A stretch of DNA of 57,740 nt, filler included, from Sphacelaria rigidula (taxonomy: Eukaryota): the NCBI GenBank assembly GCA_964200075.2. It is 7 parts of 7 records of this genome, joined end to end, with 100 filler letters (N's around TTAATTAATTAA, not from the genome) between each part and the next. Parts side by side here need not be neighbours in the genome. Positions count along the whole stretch, not along the records: positions 41,316 to 49,478 come from CAXNAA020012077.1; positions 49,579 to 57,740 come from CAXNAA020012078.1; 5 more parts are not named here. The stretch is one strand, 5' to 3'. The position numbers and the translations under genes were made by a program. The notes beneath the pieces are model-generated. The model was not told the DNA's origin. It was given only the letters and a program-made list of their open reading frames with translations, and ran no database searches. Within the stretch, counting starts at the first letter, position 1. Each line of letters begins with the position of its first letter. Of the stretch, positions 42,975 to 54,588 are shown one piece after another.

Positions 42975-43497
42975 TCAGATCGGATTTTCTCTTTTACTGC
43001 TCCACCGCACTTTTTCGAGCGAAAATATTGTGATAATAATGAGAGTATAGCAGGGCCTGTAGCCAAATAATAATACCATGCCGTAGGTTTCGGTATAACC
43101 GCATGCATGATTGGAGCAGTGGCAGGGGACAGGGGATCCTGGATTGATGCCCCTTATCTGTGTGGTCCCTTGCTGCTGGCTCGTGATGATGTGGGTTGTT
43201 GAGGATCACTCCGAGATAATAACAAGTTAGAAGAAAGGACTTGTCGGACACGAGACCTCCCTCGTTGATAGTCCTCTTGTCCAGATTGTCTGGCAGAGGC
43301 TATAATATCTAGATATTCTTCCGGCACTTTGTTAGAGGAGTTTGGCTGACGAGAAAAGTGAGCTGCAGCTGGAAGCTAGTTTAGCCCGCAGACAGAGAGA
43401 CCAACTTGAAGCGCACAGCAGTAGGGGACGCTCCGTGGGCTGGAGGACGCACAAGTCAGGCAAGAGTCTCTCAGTGAAGTGTTGAATTCCGGTCGAC

Positions 43498-44274
43498 ATG
43501 GCTCAAGCGGCGGCAGCGCCGCTGGTGTTAGGTGAGCCACTAGAGCCGCCCGAATATGGCGAACCGTGGGCTGAAGAAGCGTCGAGAATTTTTCATGCCG
43601 CAGATCTCGACTATTTAGAGAGGCTCTATTTAGCCAATGCCACAGTAGTCATACGGCATGAGACAGTGGGCATCGGGCAACTCATCCCGACCTATATTCA
43701 CCGGTGCTTCGAAGATATGTACAAGGACCGTCTGGCTATGACCCCCGACGAATTGCTGGACGCTGTGAAGCAGCATGCCGGGTACACTACAACCAGGGGC
43801 AAGCATGACACTGCGTGGGCTGCAGCAGACCTGCGTAGAGTACTTACTATGCCACAAAGCGGTGGAATATCCGTGAAGGATCGTGCGATGATGGTCAGTT
43901 CAGCGATGGAAACGTTTTTCGCAGAAAACCTGACGGTGCAAGCCATGTACCGTGCGGAGGGCAGGAGTTGGTTGCCAGGCCCGGCCGAGTCGGTTTCCAC
44001 AGCTTTGGTGGACGGGATTTTGCCTCCGGAATTCGAGGTGTATGTTAGAAGTGTACTAGCGTATGTTGACAGCTGGAAGAAAACCCCGACGGTGATGTTC
44101 CAAAAAATATTTGATGCCGCAGACCAGTGGAAATTTATTGAGACACATAGCCGGCGCGATTCTGCGGCAAGTGCAGGTAATGTTCGCCGCAAACAGCAAC
44201 AACAGAAACAGCAGCCGTTTCGCGAGCGTCGTCCATTCACGCGTGTTACAACTGCGGCGACACCGAACATGTGA
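43498..44274 (+). CDS. Gag-like ORF of the Gypsy element
   Basis: 258-aa ATG-initiated ORF between the 5' LTR and the protease region. Called Gag from its position, not from a recognised motif. Confidence 0.65.
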   Translation: MAQAAAAPLVLGEPLEPPEYGEPWAEEASRIFHAADLDYLERLYLANATVVIRHETVGIGQLIPTYIHRCFEDMYKDRLAMTPDELLDAVKQHAGYTTTRGKHDTAWAAADLRRVLTMPQSGGISVKDRAMMVSSAMETFFAENLTVQAMYRAEGRSWLPGPAESVSTALVDGILPPEFEVYVRSVLAYVDSWKKTPTVMFQKIFDAADQWKFIETHSRRDSAASAGNVRRKQQQQKQQPFRERRPFTRVTTAATPNM

Positions 44275-44759
44275 TCAAGGATTGCCCCAAGCTTGGCGCT
44301 CAAGGCGCTGCACAGGGCAATGCACTAGATTCATCATGATCTCGGGGTGGTCGTCACGGTGGACGGGGCCGTGCCAACCAGGAACGCGGGCGCGGTGGCC
44401 GCGGTAGCAAGCAATCAGCGGCGGATGGTGGTTCCTCCGCTGCTGTTCCTTCCACTACGTCATCAGGCGGTGACTCTGGATCTTATCGTTCGTCCGTGTC
44501 GGGGCGGGCTGTGGACATGGGAAATGTAAATACTTCGGTGGGGAGTGCTGGAGCGAATAGTTTGCAACTCCTCGACCAGGCAGGATCCGTGTCTGGTGCA
44601 TCTCCTACTGCTGCGACAGCCGTAGCAGCGCCGTCTGCATATTCGGCGACTTGGTCTGGTTGGACCGACGATTCGCAGCTATTGATGTCAAGTGCTGGAG
44701 GTCAGGCCTGGCGTCAGGTGGCTCTTGGTACCGAGCAGGGTTCTTCGGCAGGCGTGGTA

Positions 44760-46080
44760 CCTGTCGATCGCAAGGCTGAATACTTGCGCGCAGATTTATC
44801 CTTGTCTAGTTCTGTACGTTCGTTCATGATCCGCGTTATTCTGGATTCTGGGTCCGCGCTCACGTCGATCAGTGCGGGGTTGCTAAAGTAAATGTTTTCG
44901 CTGTTCGGAGGCGCTCAGCTTCAGATTCCGTTCGAAAATGGACCGCAAACGGCGCAGACCGCCACGGGTGCTCCCGTGACGGTTACACATAAAACGGTGC
45001 CGATTACTGTTAACGTGCGTACGCCGTGGGGGGCTGTGGGGTTGCAGCCCATTACCTTCGCTGTCATGCCCGGTGGGGGCAACGTGGTTGTATTTGGGAT
45101 GGCGACAATGAAGGAGCTCGGGTTTGATTTGTACCCGCTAGCGTTGGATAAGTTACGCCCGCGTGCTGTGTCGGTGCAAACTGGCGTGGAAAATCCCAGC
45201 TATGTTGCCTCAAGGCGTATGACCGTATCCATACGGTCATTCCAAAGCGCCAATGAGCAGGAGGCTCTTGCGGATGAAGCGGTGGAGCGCTTGGTCGATC
45301 GGGGGGCCGACACGTTTATGAACCCAGCGGAGGAGAGAGGTGCAAGATGCGCTTGAGGATAGTGTGCAGCAGGCCGAGCAGAAGAGCCTGAGCGTCGATA
45401 GCGCACATTGTCTGCGTGATATTTTGGCTCGTCGCGTGGATACATGTCGCCGTGCGCTGTGTGGTGATCCGCCAGCGCGCGTTGAGCCCATGAGGGTGCA
45501 CCAAAGCTGCGATGCATGAGGCAAGCCACCCGGTCTTTATCGGATCGTATCGTCTAGGCTTTGCCATCGGATCGTACCGTCTGAGCCCATGAGGGTGCAG
45601 CTTTGGCGGCGTTTGGTTTAATGGTGAGGAACATTCAGGCTGTGTGGGCGAGTCCGGCGATGGCGGTGCCGAAGAGGGACACATTTCGTTTGGTCAGCAA
45701 CTATCAGGCGGTGAACGCGCAAGTGGAACAGTCTCCGGGGGTGATGCCAAGCCAAGAAGACATGCGGGAGTTGCCGGGAGCCCAATGCTTCGGCAAGTTG
45801 GACTTACTACAGGGGTATTCGCAGATGCCTCTGGCGCCGGAGGCTCAGGAGATCTTCACGATCGTCATGCCTGAGGGTGTTTTTACGCCTACTCGTGTCC
45901 CGCAGGGCGTGTTGAACACCACGGCGTATTTCCAAGGTGTGCTGACTGACATTTTGCGAGGTGTAGACTGTAAAGTGTAGGTGGATGGCGTTTTCAATTT
46001 TGCTGAAACCGAAGAAGCACTGTAAGCTTTGCTTGGGGAAATTCTTGGCCGCTTGGAGAGAGTTGGTCTGTTCGCCAGTG
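44760..46080 (+). pseudogene. Gypsy pol remnant (aspartic protease plus reverse transcriptase) with stops and frameshifts
   Basis: Protease motif VILDSGS (D codon at 44844). RT motifs WASPAMAVPK, FRLVSNYQAVN, KLDLLQGYSQMPL and PQGVLN. The YxDD-equivalent site is degraded to V*VDG. Confidence 0.9.
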
Positions 46081-46595
46081 CTACTAACGGAGTCCCTCGT
46101 TGATAGTCCTCTTGTCCAGATCGTCTGGCAGAGGCTATAGGCCTGAGCTAGGGACGGAGATCGTGAGGGCATAGTAGGTGATCTGGTGATGATGCGGCAT
46201 TTTTAACCCCGTGCGCGCTACCTGTGCTACAAAGCTGCTTCAGCAGCTGGCGCGGGTGGGAACGGTCTGTACTGTCACGAGACCGTCCGCTGCTGCGGTT
46301 TCAAAAAGATCAAACGCCTCTTTATGCCCTTTCATATCACAGGCGGACACTTTGCTCTCGCCGAAGGATACATTAGGCGGTACCTTCGCAGTTGCGCACA
46401 TCGTAGAGGGTGTCCCAATAAAGCCGCGCCCTACACAACAAGGTCGCACCTTATCTTCGGCATTCGTGATCCCCTGGAGGGTTTTCAACATTGGGATCTC
46501 CCTCGAGAGTTTGTGTCAATATCGAAATCCTCTGGATTTTTGCTGGAGGCACTCGTGCTGTAGAAATTCTATACGCCGTACTTGTTGCAGCATAT

Positions 46596-46925
46596 AACAG
46601 GCGATTGTAATTTTTTAGATTGAACGCTAAAATGGGGGTCAAGCAGCATATTTGTTTTTGCAGGAGTGGTGCGAAACAGTTACACCAAGGGCAACCAGCT
46701 CCCCCCCCCCCAAATCTGCAGCAGTTACGCATTATGGCTAGATGCACCGAACGAATGCGGTGTACACGCATGTCGATGACGATACTACCAGAGGAGTAAT
46801 GCCAAAGAGGAAGCTCCTCGCCCGTGTCCTTTGTGTGCCCTCGCTCGGCGATTCCCAATTGCTCGAGAGACTGGCATCATGCATGTTACCAGCATGTACC
46901 CATTTTCCTATGTGCCGGTTGGCAG
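46596..46925 (+). mobile_element. Truncated copy of the same element family
   Basis: Starts AACAGGCG and parallels 47629-47965. Confidence 0.75.
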
Positions 46926-46930
46926 GTTAT

Positions 46931-47628
46931 AACAGCCGATCATCAAAATTGAGGATGGAGCTTTTCATTGAGGATAACAACCGACTGCTGCCGAGATAGC
47001 CCCCCCCCCGAACCGGCCCGAAAAGTGCACGGAGGCGGTCTTCATAAATGCTGTTACATCTGGCTTAGTACTGCACGACGCGACTCATTTGGGCGTCAAG
47101 CTGATTTCGGACTGCTACACGCCGCTCATGTGGGCGAAATTGCTGCCAACGACCCCAAAAGTGGCATCGCAGCCAGTTTGTCGGACGGTCTCCAGTGCAC
47201 TTTATGTGGGGGGGCTATCTCGGCATCAGTCAACCCGGATAATTAAAATCTTCGTATCCACACCAAATCTTCGAAATATGGGTCCATTCCTTCACCTACC
47301 GGTAGCTATCGACAACTGCTACATGCCGTAGAAATGTATTGGACTTCGATGGCCGAAATATTGGGGTCCTCGGTGAAAACCAATTTCAGAGAATATCGAC
47401 GATCCGATCGGATCACCTGATTCCCAACAGTTTCTCTTTCACCTAGGACCCCAACATTTCGGTTAATGAAATCCAAATTCGTAGGGCGTGCAGTAGTTCT
47501 CAATAGCTACCAGTAGGTGAAGGAATGGATCCATATTTTGAAAATTTGGTGTGGATACGAAGGTTTTGATTTTCCGGGTTGTCATCCTCAATGAAAAGCT
47601 CCATCCTCAATCTCGATGATCGGCTGTT
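46931..47628. mobile_element. Palindromic foldback MITE with AACAGCCGATCATC termini (about 445 bp without the nested insert)
   Basis: The arms are inverted repeats nearly to the centre GATCCGATCGGATC (47401-47414). The same terminus occurs at the contig ends 8112-8163 and 41163-41215. Confidence 0.88.
46983..47231. mobile_element. Second copy of the GAC-terminus MITE, TSD AACC, nested in another MITE
   Basis: Same TIRs. AACC at 46979-46982 and 47232-47235. The host's opposite arm shows the empty site. Confidence 0.9.
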
Positions 47629-49411
47629 AACAGCGGATCCTAATTTTCGGGGTTGACTTTAAAATAGGGCTCAAGTTGCATAACATTTTTGCGGGGATGA
47701 CGCGAAACAGTTACACCGAGCGAAACTATATATATGTGCCCCCAAATGTCGGCAGCACTCAAGCAGTTGTGGCTACGTGCACCGAACAAATGCGGTGTAC
47801 ACGCGTGTCGATGACGATATCACCAGAGAGAGAAGCAACGACAGAGAGGAACCTCCTCGTCCGTGTCCTTTGTGTGCCCTCGCTCGGCGATTACCGATCG
47901 CTCGAGAGAATGGCATCATGCATGTTACCAGCATGATGTACTCAATTTCCCATGTGCCGGTAGGCATGTTATATTGCTGCACAGTCTCCCAAAGAACGTC
48001 GAGGTGCAGAATGGTGTCGTCTCTTGTCTGTGGAGCTCACCCATGAAAAGGTCGATTTTTCTCTGCCTCTTTTTTTGGACCGGATGCGCCTCTGTGCGCC
48101 GCAGAACACGTCGTTGAAAAACAGGGCGATGTTCCCGTCACCGCTACTGTTGTCAGTCACACATGCCAGCAAGAACGGTGCTGCAGCAATAACAGATCCA
48201 GTTTGAACTTGAGGGGGGGGGCGTTATTCATCGTTAATTTTTACCCGACATGTGGCCCTCTGAGTGCGCGACGACAAGAGCGTGCCACACGCCAGTTGGG
48301 GAGATGTGTGAGAGATCAAACACTTGCGGAGATCTTCTTGGCATGCGGAATGAAAAAAAGATACCTATGGTGGTGACCTATCTGTTGCTGGCGTGGCGCA
48401 TTGGGGTGCCTCCATGCTGCAATCTGGAGCACACTGGCTGCGTGAACACCGCGGTACAGCAGCTTTCCAGAATCACTTCCGATGTGAGGACGTCACGCAT
48501 TACAAGCTGGGACGAGATATCCACGAGGAAGAAGAGTGCTCAATGATCAGCCACTTGTCGTTACATTTGACACCTACGCCATCACCCGCCGACCGTAAAG
48601 GTCTTGTGACTTTCAAGCAACGCTGTCGGCAGTACGGCAGGCAAACCCGATCATAACTAGCTTTCGTTGCTACCTCAAGGATAGGATTAGCGCCCAGGGG
48701 AAGTCCTGGAATAACGGATGGTTTTCTTGGAAAGCAGTCGTCCATTGTAACGGGTATAAACTGTTCAAGCAATGGATTTTTGATTCTGAACAGAGAAATA
48801 TGTATTACGATACCCCTGGAAAGTATTCTACATGTTTCATTCCGAGCGATGTTCCCCACATACCCTCCCAGTTGTCACAAATCATATATGAGGAAGAGTG
48901 TGCCAGCACTTTCCCTCGCTAGTTCAGACCCCCTTGGGGACCGAGAGGAGAGATATTTTTCGAAAAAACATACAGTGACACTGAGCATACTGTACTACGA
49001 AGTACACTATCAGAAGGGTTTCCGGCCAGTAGGCTCGCCAACCCGGTGGGAGCTGCTACTGCTGTGTGCGATACATGGAGCCGTGTCTCTCCCGCACACA
49101 TCTGCGAAGTGGTCAACACTACTGCACGCAAGTGATATAGCACATCTGCGTAAGTATATATATATATAACTGTATGAAGCTGCGAAAATGATGGGAGGTG
49201 ACTAAAATACAGCAGTAGCTTGGATGCTACCTACCGCTGATGCGGGTTGTGAGTGAAACAAAACGACTCGGATTTTGCAAGCGCGCTGCACTACAGTACG
49301 CTTCGACAGCCCCACCCCGAAACCAGTTCCCCACACAGCAACGGCGGAAGTGGCCATATAAGGCATGCTAACTGATTTAGACTGGATGAAGCGCCTCTCA
49401 TGGGCGCTACT
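47629..49411 (+). mobile_element. Second long copy of the AACAGCGGATCC element
   Basis: Homologous to 16720-19481. Interrupted at 49412 by another AACAG-starting sequence. Confidence 0.8.
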
Positions 49412-49478
49412 AACAGGGTTGCCAGAAAAATGAGATCGTATTTTGAAATGAGAATCAGCCGCTCCCCGGGATTGTGTC

Positions 49479-49578
49479 NNNNNNNNNNNNNNNNNNNNNN
49501 NNNNNNNNNNNNNNNNNNNNNNTTAATTAATTAANNNNNNNNNNNNNNNNNNNNNNNNNNNNNNNNNNNNNNNNNNNN
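49479..49578. other. Artificial contig linker
   Basis: Same 100-bp linker. Confidence 0.98.
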
Positions 49579-50075
49579 TTTTTTTCTCTGCCGCGCCGGC
49601 CCCCCGCCGACACTCCCCCCCCCCCCCCGCCCCCCCCCCGCTCCGTGTTGACACCCCCCCCCCCCCCCCCCTCCTCCCCGAAGGCTCTCGGTATGTACGC
49701 CTTCGTTCGGGTGAGGGCTGGGGTTAGAGTGACGGTTAGAGATATTTGAAAGCATATTTTTACGAGAGAGTTTCACGCCTACCACGTGGCGAAGTAAACT
49801 CCTCGAGGTACAGCATGAGCATATCCAAAATATCCGAGATTGACACCGGAACTGTACTTTGTCGATACGACAAACCGTCAGGATGTTGTCCAAAAGCGTT
49901 CGTGGTGATTTTGTTTTACTTTTTCGAAGAACAATTGTTTCTAGGTAGACGGTCGGGTCTTTATACTTCGTTCTAGTGTTTTTTGTGCTGAAAAGGCATG
50001 CTGTGAGATATCCAAGCTGGTAGGCGACACCAAGCTTCCTTGTTTACTCTTTTTGGCATATACGTATTCGTGCAG

Positions 50076-53000
50076 GTCGCGCTTATGGGAGGGACCGGAA
50101 ACCCCTCAAGCGTGGCTTGCAGCCTTAGCACGAAAAAAGGCGTCACTTTCGCGCTGGGAGGCTGCTGTGACCAAGGGAGACCTACTGAACCACCCGGTGG
50201 ACCTCAGCAACTTGTTCAACCCAAACACCTTCCTTAATGCAGTCCGTCAACAGGTGCGTCAAAAATGTATACCATATACTACAACAATCAGGCGGCGATT
50301 GTATCGCTTCATATATCGGTATTGAGATCCTGGAATGTTAGGGTCTACATGATGTTGAGATGTTTCAAGCATGAAATATCATCAACTGATCCCTGTTTTT
50401 ATGTCGCCTTCTTACTGTGCTCGACGTAGGGACGTTTCGTGAGTATGTTTCGACGCTCCCATTATAGTGAAACCTTGGTTTGACGTTATGCCGTTTTTCG
50501 ACCGAGTCCCCAGAGCAATGCTACGATAGGGGTTACCCCTTTTGTTTCTGGGTCTCGTTTTTGTAGGAGCCCAAATATGTGGGGCTTACTGTGCAACCCA
50601 AACCTCCGGGGACAGGACATGGAGATGCACACAGGGACCTTTTCGTGAATCGGCATCATTTTCACTCTTTTTCAAGTGAAAATAATGCCGACTCTCAAAA
50701 TGACCCGTGCAACAACCCGAGAGACATTTTCGCTCAAAAAGTGCAACCCTACCGTAGCATCACCCCCAAGAACATACTCGTGCCAACTTCTCGTGGACAC
50801 CCCGCGCAATACATTGGATTTGCTCCATTCCCAGACGGCAAGATTGTCGGGGTGCAGCATGGATTCGTTGAAGCTAGTGTCGTGCTGGGACAGAGGGAGA
50901 CTCAAGTCGGCCGTCCTGCCGGTTGCTGTGGAGGGCCTGAGGTACGTTACGGTGGGCCTGCCTTCCACCGTTTTCTCTGCAACATCTTTTCACCACGATG
51001 ACGCGGCATGAAGTCACCAACAACCTTATCTCAATTTACAGCCGAGGGATGGACAGGGGTTGATTTGGTCTGGGGATGACGTAGCAACTAGGGTTAATGT
51101 TAACCCTAAATTTTGTTTATTACTAAGTATCTGCTATTTATCACTTATTTGTCGCACTTCGAACCCCCCCCCTTCCTCGATGAGTCCGTGGTTTCAAGGG
51201 ATCAACCCATCTTCACCCCGGTACACGCCGTGCATTTTGGGCTCGCGGATTGGGTCATGACTATCAGCACTCCCGCACCGCGTCAACTCACGCCAAACGA
51301 ACTCAGTCGACTAGTTTGTTTACTCGCGTTCTCACGCTTTCCACCGTGGAAAACAGAAATTACAAAGAAAAAAAACAACGCATCGGGAATAGAACCCTCG
51401 TTCTCTCTACCCTCATGGCGACAGTCGGACCATTACACCACCGGGGCGCGGCGGCAGAAGAACTAACTATACTTGCTTCACTCGCTCCGTGGGCGTTTGT
51501 GATCCAGTGCGGGATGCATGTTTGCCGTATATAACGTGGATGTGTCATTAAATTAACCGTTGAGCTTAACAGGGCTTTGGCGTTAAGGTGTCGACTTAGG
51601 ATGGATCTCGTATTTTGTCCATGGCGGTATCTGTGAATCAGTGGATGAGTAAGTAAGAACCAATACGCCTTCGTCTTCATCAAGTCTAAAAGCTGTCAAC
51701 CCTATGGCGAACGAATCGCTGACAATCACGCGACGACTGAATTTGCCATCAAGCTCTCGAAAACGTCCTTCGAACTGGAGATGAACAAATTCCAGATACC
51801 GTAAAAATGATTGCTAAAATCCGAGGTACGCAAGGCACGAGTACGCCTCCAGAACACGTAATCAATGTTCCCCCCCACTCCGCTTAAGCGTTGGCGTCGA
51901 TTGGCAAAGATGCTCTGAAACATGCCACTCACTGCGTCAGCCAGGCAGGCAGGTTACGTTGTTGATTCTCGTGCTTACGTTTTTCTGGTAACCAAGATGT
52001 TGGCCGAGTAAAATCGTAGTGTGCGGGATCGGAGGACCTCAACTCCGCGTATAGGGGCTGATCGTACTACGTAGCGCTTCAATAGTGAGACACTCATGAA
52101 GCAGAGTAACCCGTGGCTTTTTCTGGAAGTTGCGATACCAGAAAATAAAGCAACTAACTTGAGGCTGTCATCTATGCGCAAGATAATTCATACGCTTCTG
52201 ACCGAATAATGTTAGTCGGGTGCAGGTTACCGCTCATACAACTTGCCGAACTCGTCACGGCGCTTCACGCTTGGTGATTGCGAACATGGTCCGTCGAAAC
52301 CCCGGCGCGCTCCGTCCCGGCTTTGTGGGGATGCGAGATCAGCGGTATTATGATTACGGCATGCAAGATCATAGGTACACGGCTCTCCTCCTCTTACCCC
52401 TCCCTGCTGTCGAGATCGCGCGGTCAATAGTCTCACTGCAAAGGCATGCAAAGCACACGTTACGCTTTCTAGTAGTAACAAAAAATCGTGCTCTCGAGGT
52501 CGCGTGGTCATGATATTCTAATAACTGCGGTATGCAACACGGGTTAGGGCCTCCTGCATTGTATACTTCAAGGATGCCTTATCAACGTTCTTACCTAGCA
52601 TGACGCTGGGCTGAAATTTGTGTGTGACAGGCTGCAAGGGGCGGCCTTCAGTGGGGGAGCGTTGCACCACCAGTCACCGAACGATCCTGAGGTAGCAGGA
52701 GTACCCGATGTCACCCTTGCCTATGTGCACAAAGACAAGCCGAGCCCTTACCAGGTGATTTCCAGCGAGTTTTTTCTCCCGTTCTAGTTGACGTAAGATC
52801 CCGATTGTAAGCACTGGAGGGGCCATAAGGGCACATTTATTCGGTTACCGTCTAATGAGATGACAGCTACGCGTCGAACGGCACGCAGATGGGAGTGCCT
52901 TGAAAGTGAGACGCACTCCTTCAAGGTGGCTCTTCCAACTCGAAAGTGACCGAGGTATAGCAAGATCATGCGCAGAATTATCAAAACATCCATTATATAT

Positions 53001-54588
53001 TTGGTATGACGTCTAGAAAACTCAGAATTACTGTCACGGAGACGTACTCGTATCTACACGAGAGCAAATCGCCATCCTTACCAGGTGGTTTTCACCGTTG
53101 TTCGGGATAACTCGGGAGATGAGAAACTACCGACAAGATTGTCCCGATGTCTTGCGCACGGAAATGTCCTAGTGTCAAGTAAACACGGCGGCGGATGCCA
53201 TGCGACCGATGAGAGGTGTTTTTTGCTGTCGTTACAAGCTCCGAGACGAGGACCACATGTACCACTATGTTTCCCATGGGGAGGGTATTGTTCCCCGTGG
53301 TTCTGACCTGAAAGACCGATGGTTTCTTCAAGAATGAACGCCGAACACTGAAGCTCATATACAGAATCCCGTGTACGCTGTAACAGTGCCCAATATCAAG
53401 CCATATTATTGTTTTCAAGTCGGCGACTATTTCGCACTTCACGGCGCTCTTGACGTAAAGGACTGGTTGTTTTCAGGCAGTGAACGCGGAACAAATGTTG
53501 AACCCCATCAGCGTGGAGGCAATATCCGAGTATACCGAAATCCAAGTCTTAAACCATGGACAAAAAAACAGCACAGGGCGTATTTTAATAGATGACCAAT
53601 GATCCTAACTGCGCCGGACGATGTCGGGTAAAGTCAAGTATGCACGCCATACTACTATTTTTATGAGCGCTTCGATGTCTTGATCAGACTTCGTTTGGTT
53701 GATCAGTCCGACGTTCGGGTCCAAACTGCGGAAACCCCTAGATGTGGAGAGTACCGTACGATCTGATTTGAACAAATTTTTCGCAATTGAGAGTATACGA
53801 GTATACCAGAGTGCAGACACCGTAATGAGACAATTTAGTTCACGCTTGGCACTCGTCAGAACTGATCGTTATCCCCCCTATATACCCAAAAATAAGCAGT
53901 TTTCACGCAAGACCTGCGTAGCATGGGAGTTTATCAAGAAGTCTGATGTTGTCGACCAATCGCTGATGAAACCATGTCGCTGGCCGAGATATTGAAGCGT
54001 ACAACAAGAATTCAACGTCGAGCTCTAACATCAATGCAAGCTACCTTCCCAGTATCCCTTTCACCGTGGGGATACTCATGTTGCCGTAGTCGCGGCCTGT
54101 GGTACACTGTGTACAGTACCAGGGCGAACCTGTGGGTCACTCCTATTTTCACGTGTTACATGTACCTAGTTCAACCCGGCCGACTACTGTGAGGATGATG
54201 TCCTTCTAGGTATTGATTGAAGAACTTACTGAATGTACATCTTTGCTGACGCACATCAGACGACCGGTCGAAAAACATGGTATACACCCAGGATTATGCT
54301 TGAAAACTACACGTGCCATTTTCCAACTCTCCGCGGTGCGTACAGTACGTTCATGCAATATTTTGATGCATGTGTATACTACGTTGTCGTTGACCCCTTC
54401 GGCGTCGTGCCGCCACATTCCCTTGCCCCCACACACTGACATCGCCTGAACAGCCGGACCAAGCAATCGACACACCGCTGTATTTTTCCCTGGACCGTGA
54501 ACGGCTATTGGTGGAAGTTTCAATGCCAACAAACGAGCCGCAGGATACGTGGATTTTAGCAGGAGTAGCTCTGTTCTTGAAAGAGTGA
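50076..54588 (+). CDS. DYNC2H1: Cytoplasmic dynein-2 (IFT dynein) heavy chain, last four exons
   Basis: Exons 50076-50253 (WEGPETPQAWL...DLSNLFNPNTFLNAVRQQ), 50835-50941 (TARLSGCSMDSLKLVSCW), 52631-52754 (LQGAAFSG...PY) and 54454-54588 (PLYFSLDRERLL...WILAGVALFLKE*). This matches the DYNC2H1/DHC1b C-terminus (WEGPE, LFxPxTFLNA, GxALFL). Confidence 0.92.
50513..50765. mobile_element. Related GAG-terminus MITE in a dynein intron
   Basis: GAGCAATGCTACGATAGGGG...AAAAGTGCAACCCTACCGTAGCATCACCC. Flanks CCCA/CCAA. The interior differs from the 17512 copy. Confidence 0.72.
51150..51452 (-). mobile_element. tRNA-derived SINE (family B) in a dynein intron
   Basis: A box GGTGGTGTAATGG and B box GGTTCTATTCCC. 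The 3' tail resembles 13805-13882. Confidence 0.7.
52245..52390. repeat. Second copy of the 145-bp dispersed repeat
   Basis: Homologous to 9045-9190. Confidence 0.8.

Larger units (their letters stand above)
43058..46139 (+). mobile_element. Decayed Ty3/Gypsy LTR retrotransposon with internal deletion
   Basis: 5' LTR at 43058-43304 (TGTAGCC...GGCTATA). Only about the last 47 bp of the 3' LTR survive (46093-46139). 4-bp TSD GGCC at 43054-43057 and 46140-46143. Gag, protease and RT follow in Gypsy order; RNase H and integrase are absent. Confidence 0.9.

Noticed and set aside
43025..43308. Alternative reading as a solo LTR starting TG at 43029 with an ATAT TSD
   Set aside because: TGTAGCC/GGCTATA inverted ends plus the GGCC TSD around the whole gag-pol region explain the structure better.
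53699..53995. ORF resembling the last dynein exon (IRVYQSAD)
   Set aside because: The true terminal exon at 54454-54588 has a proper acceptor, the right phase and a much better match.
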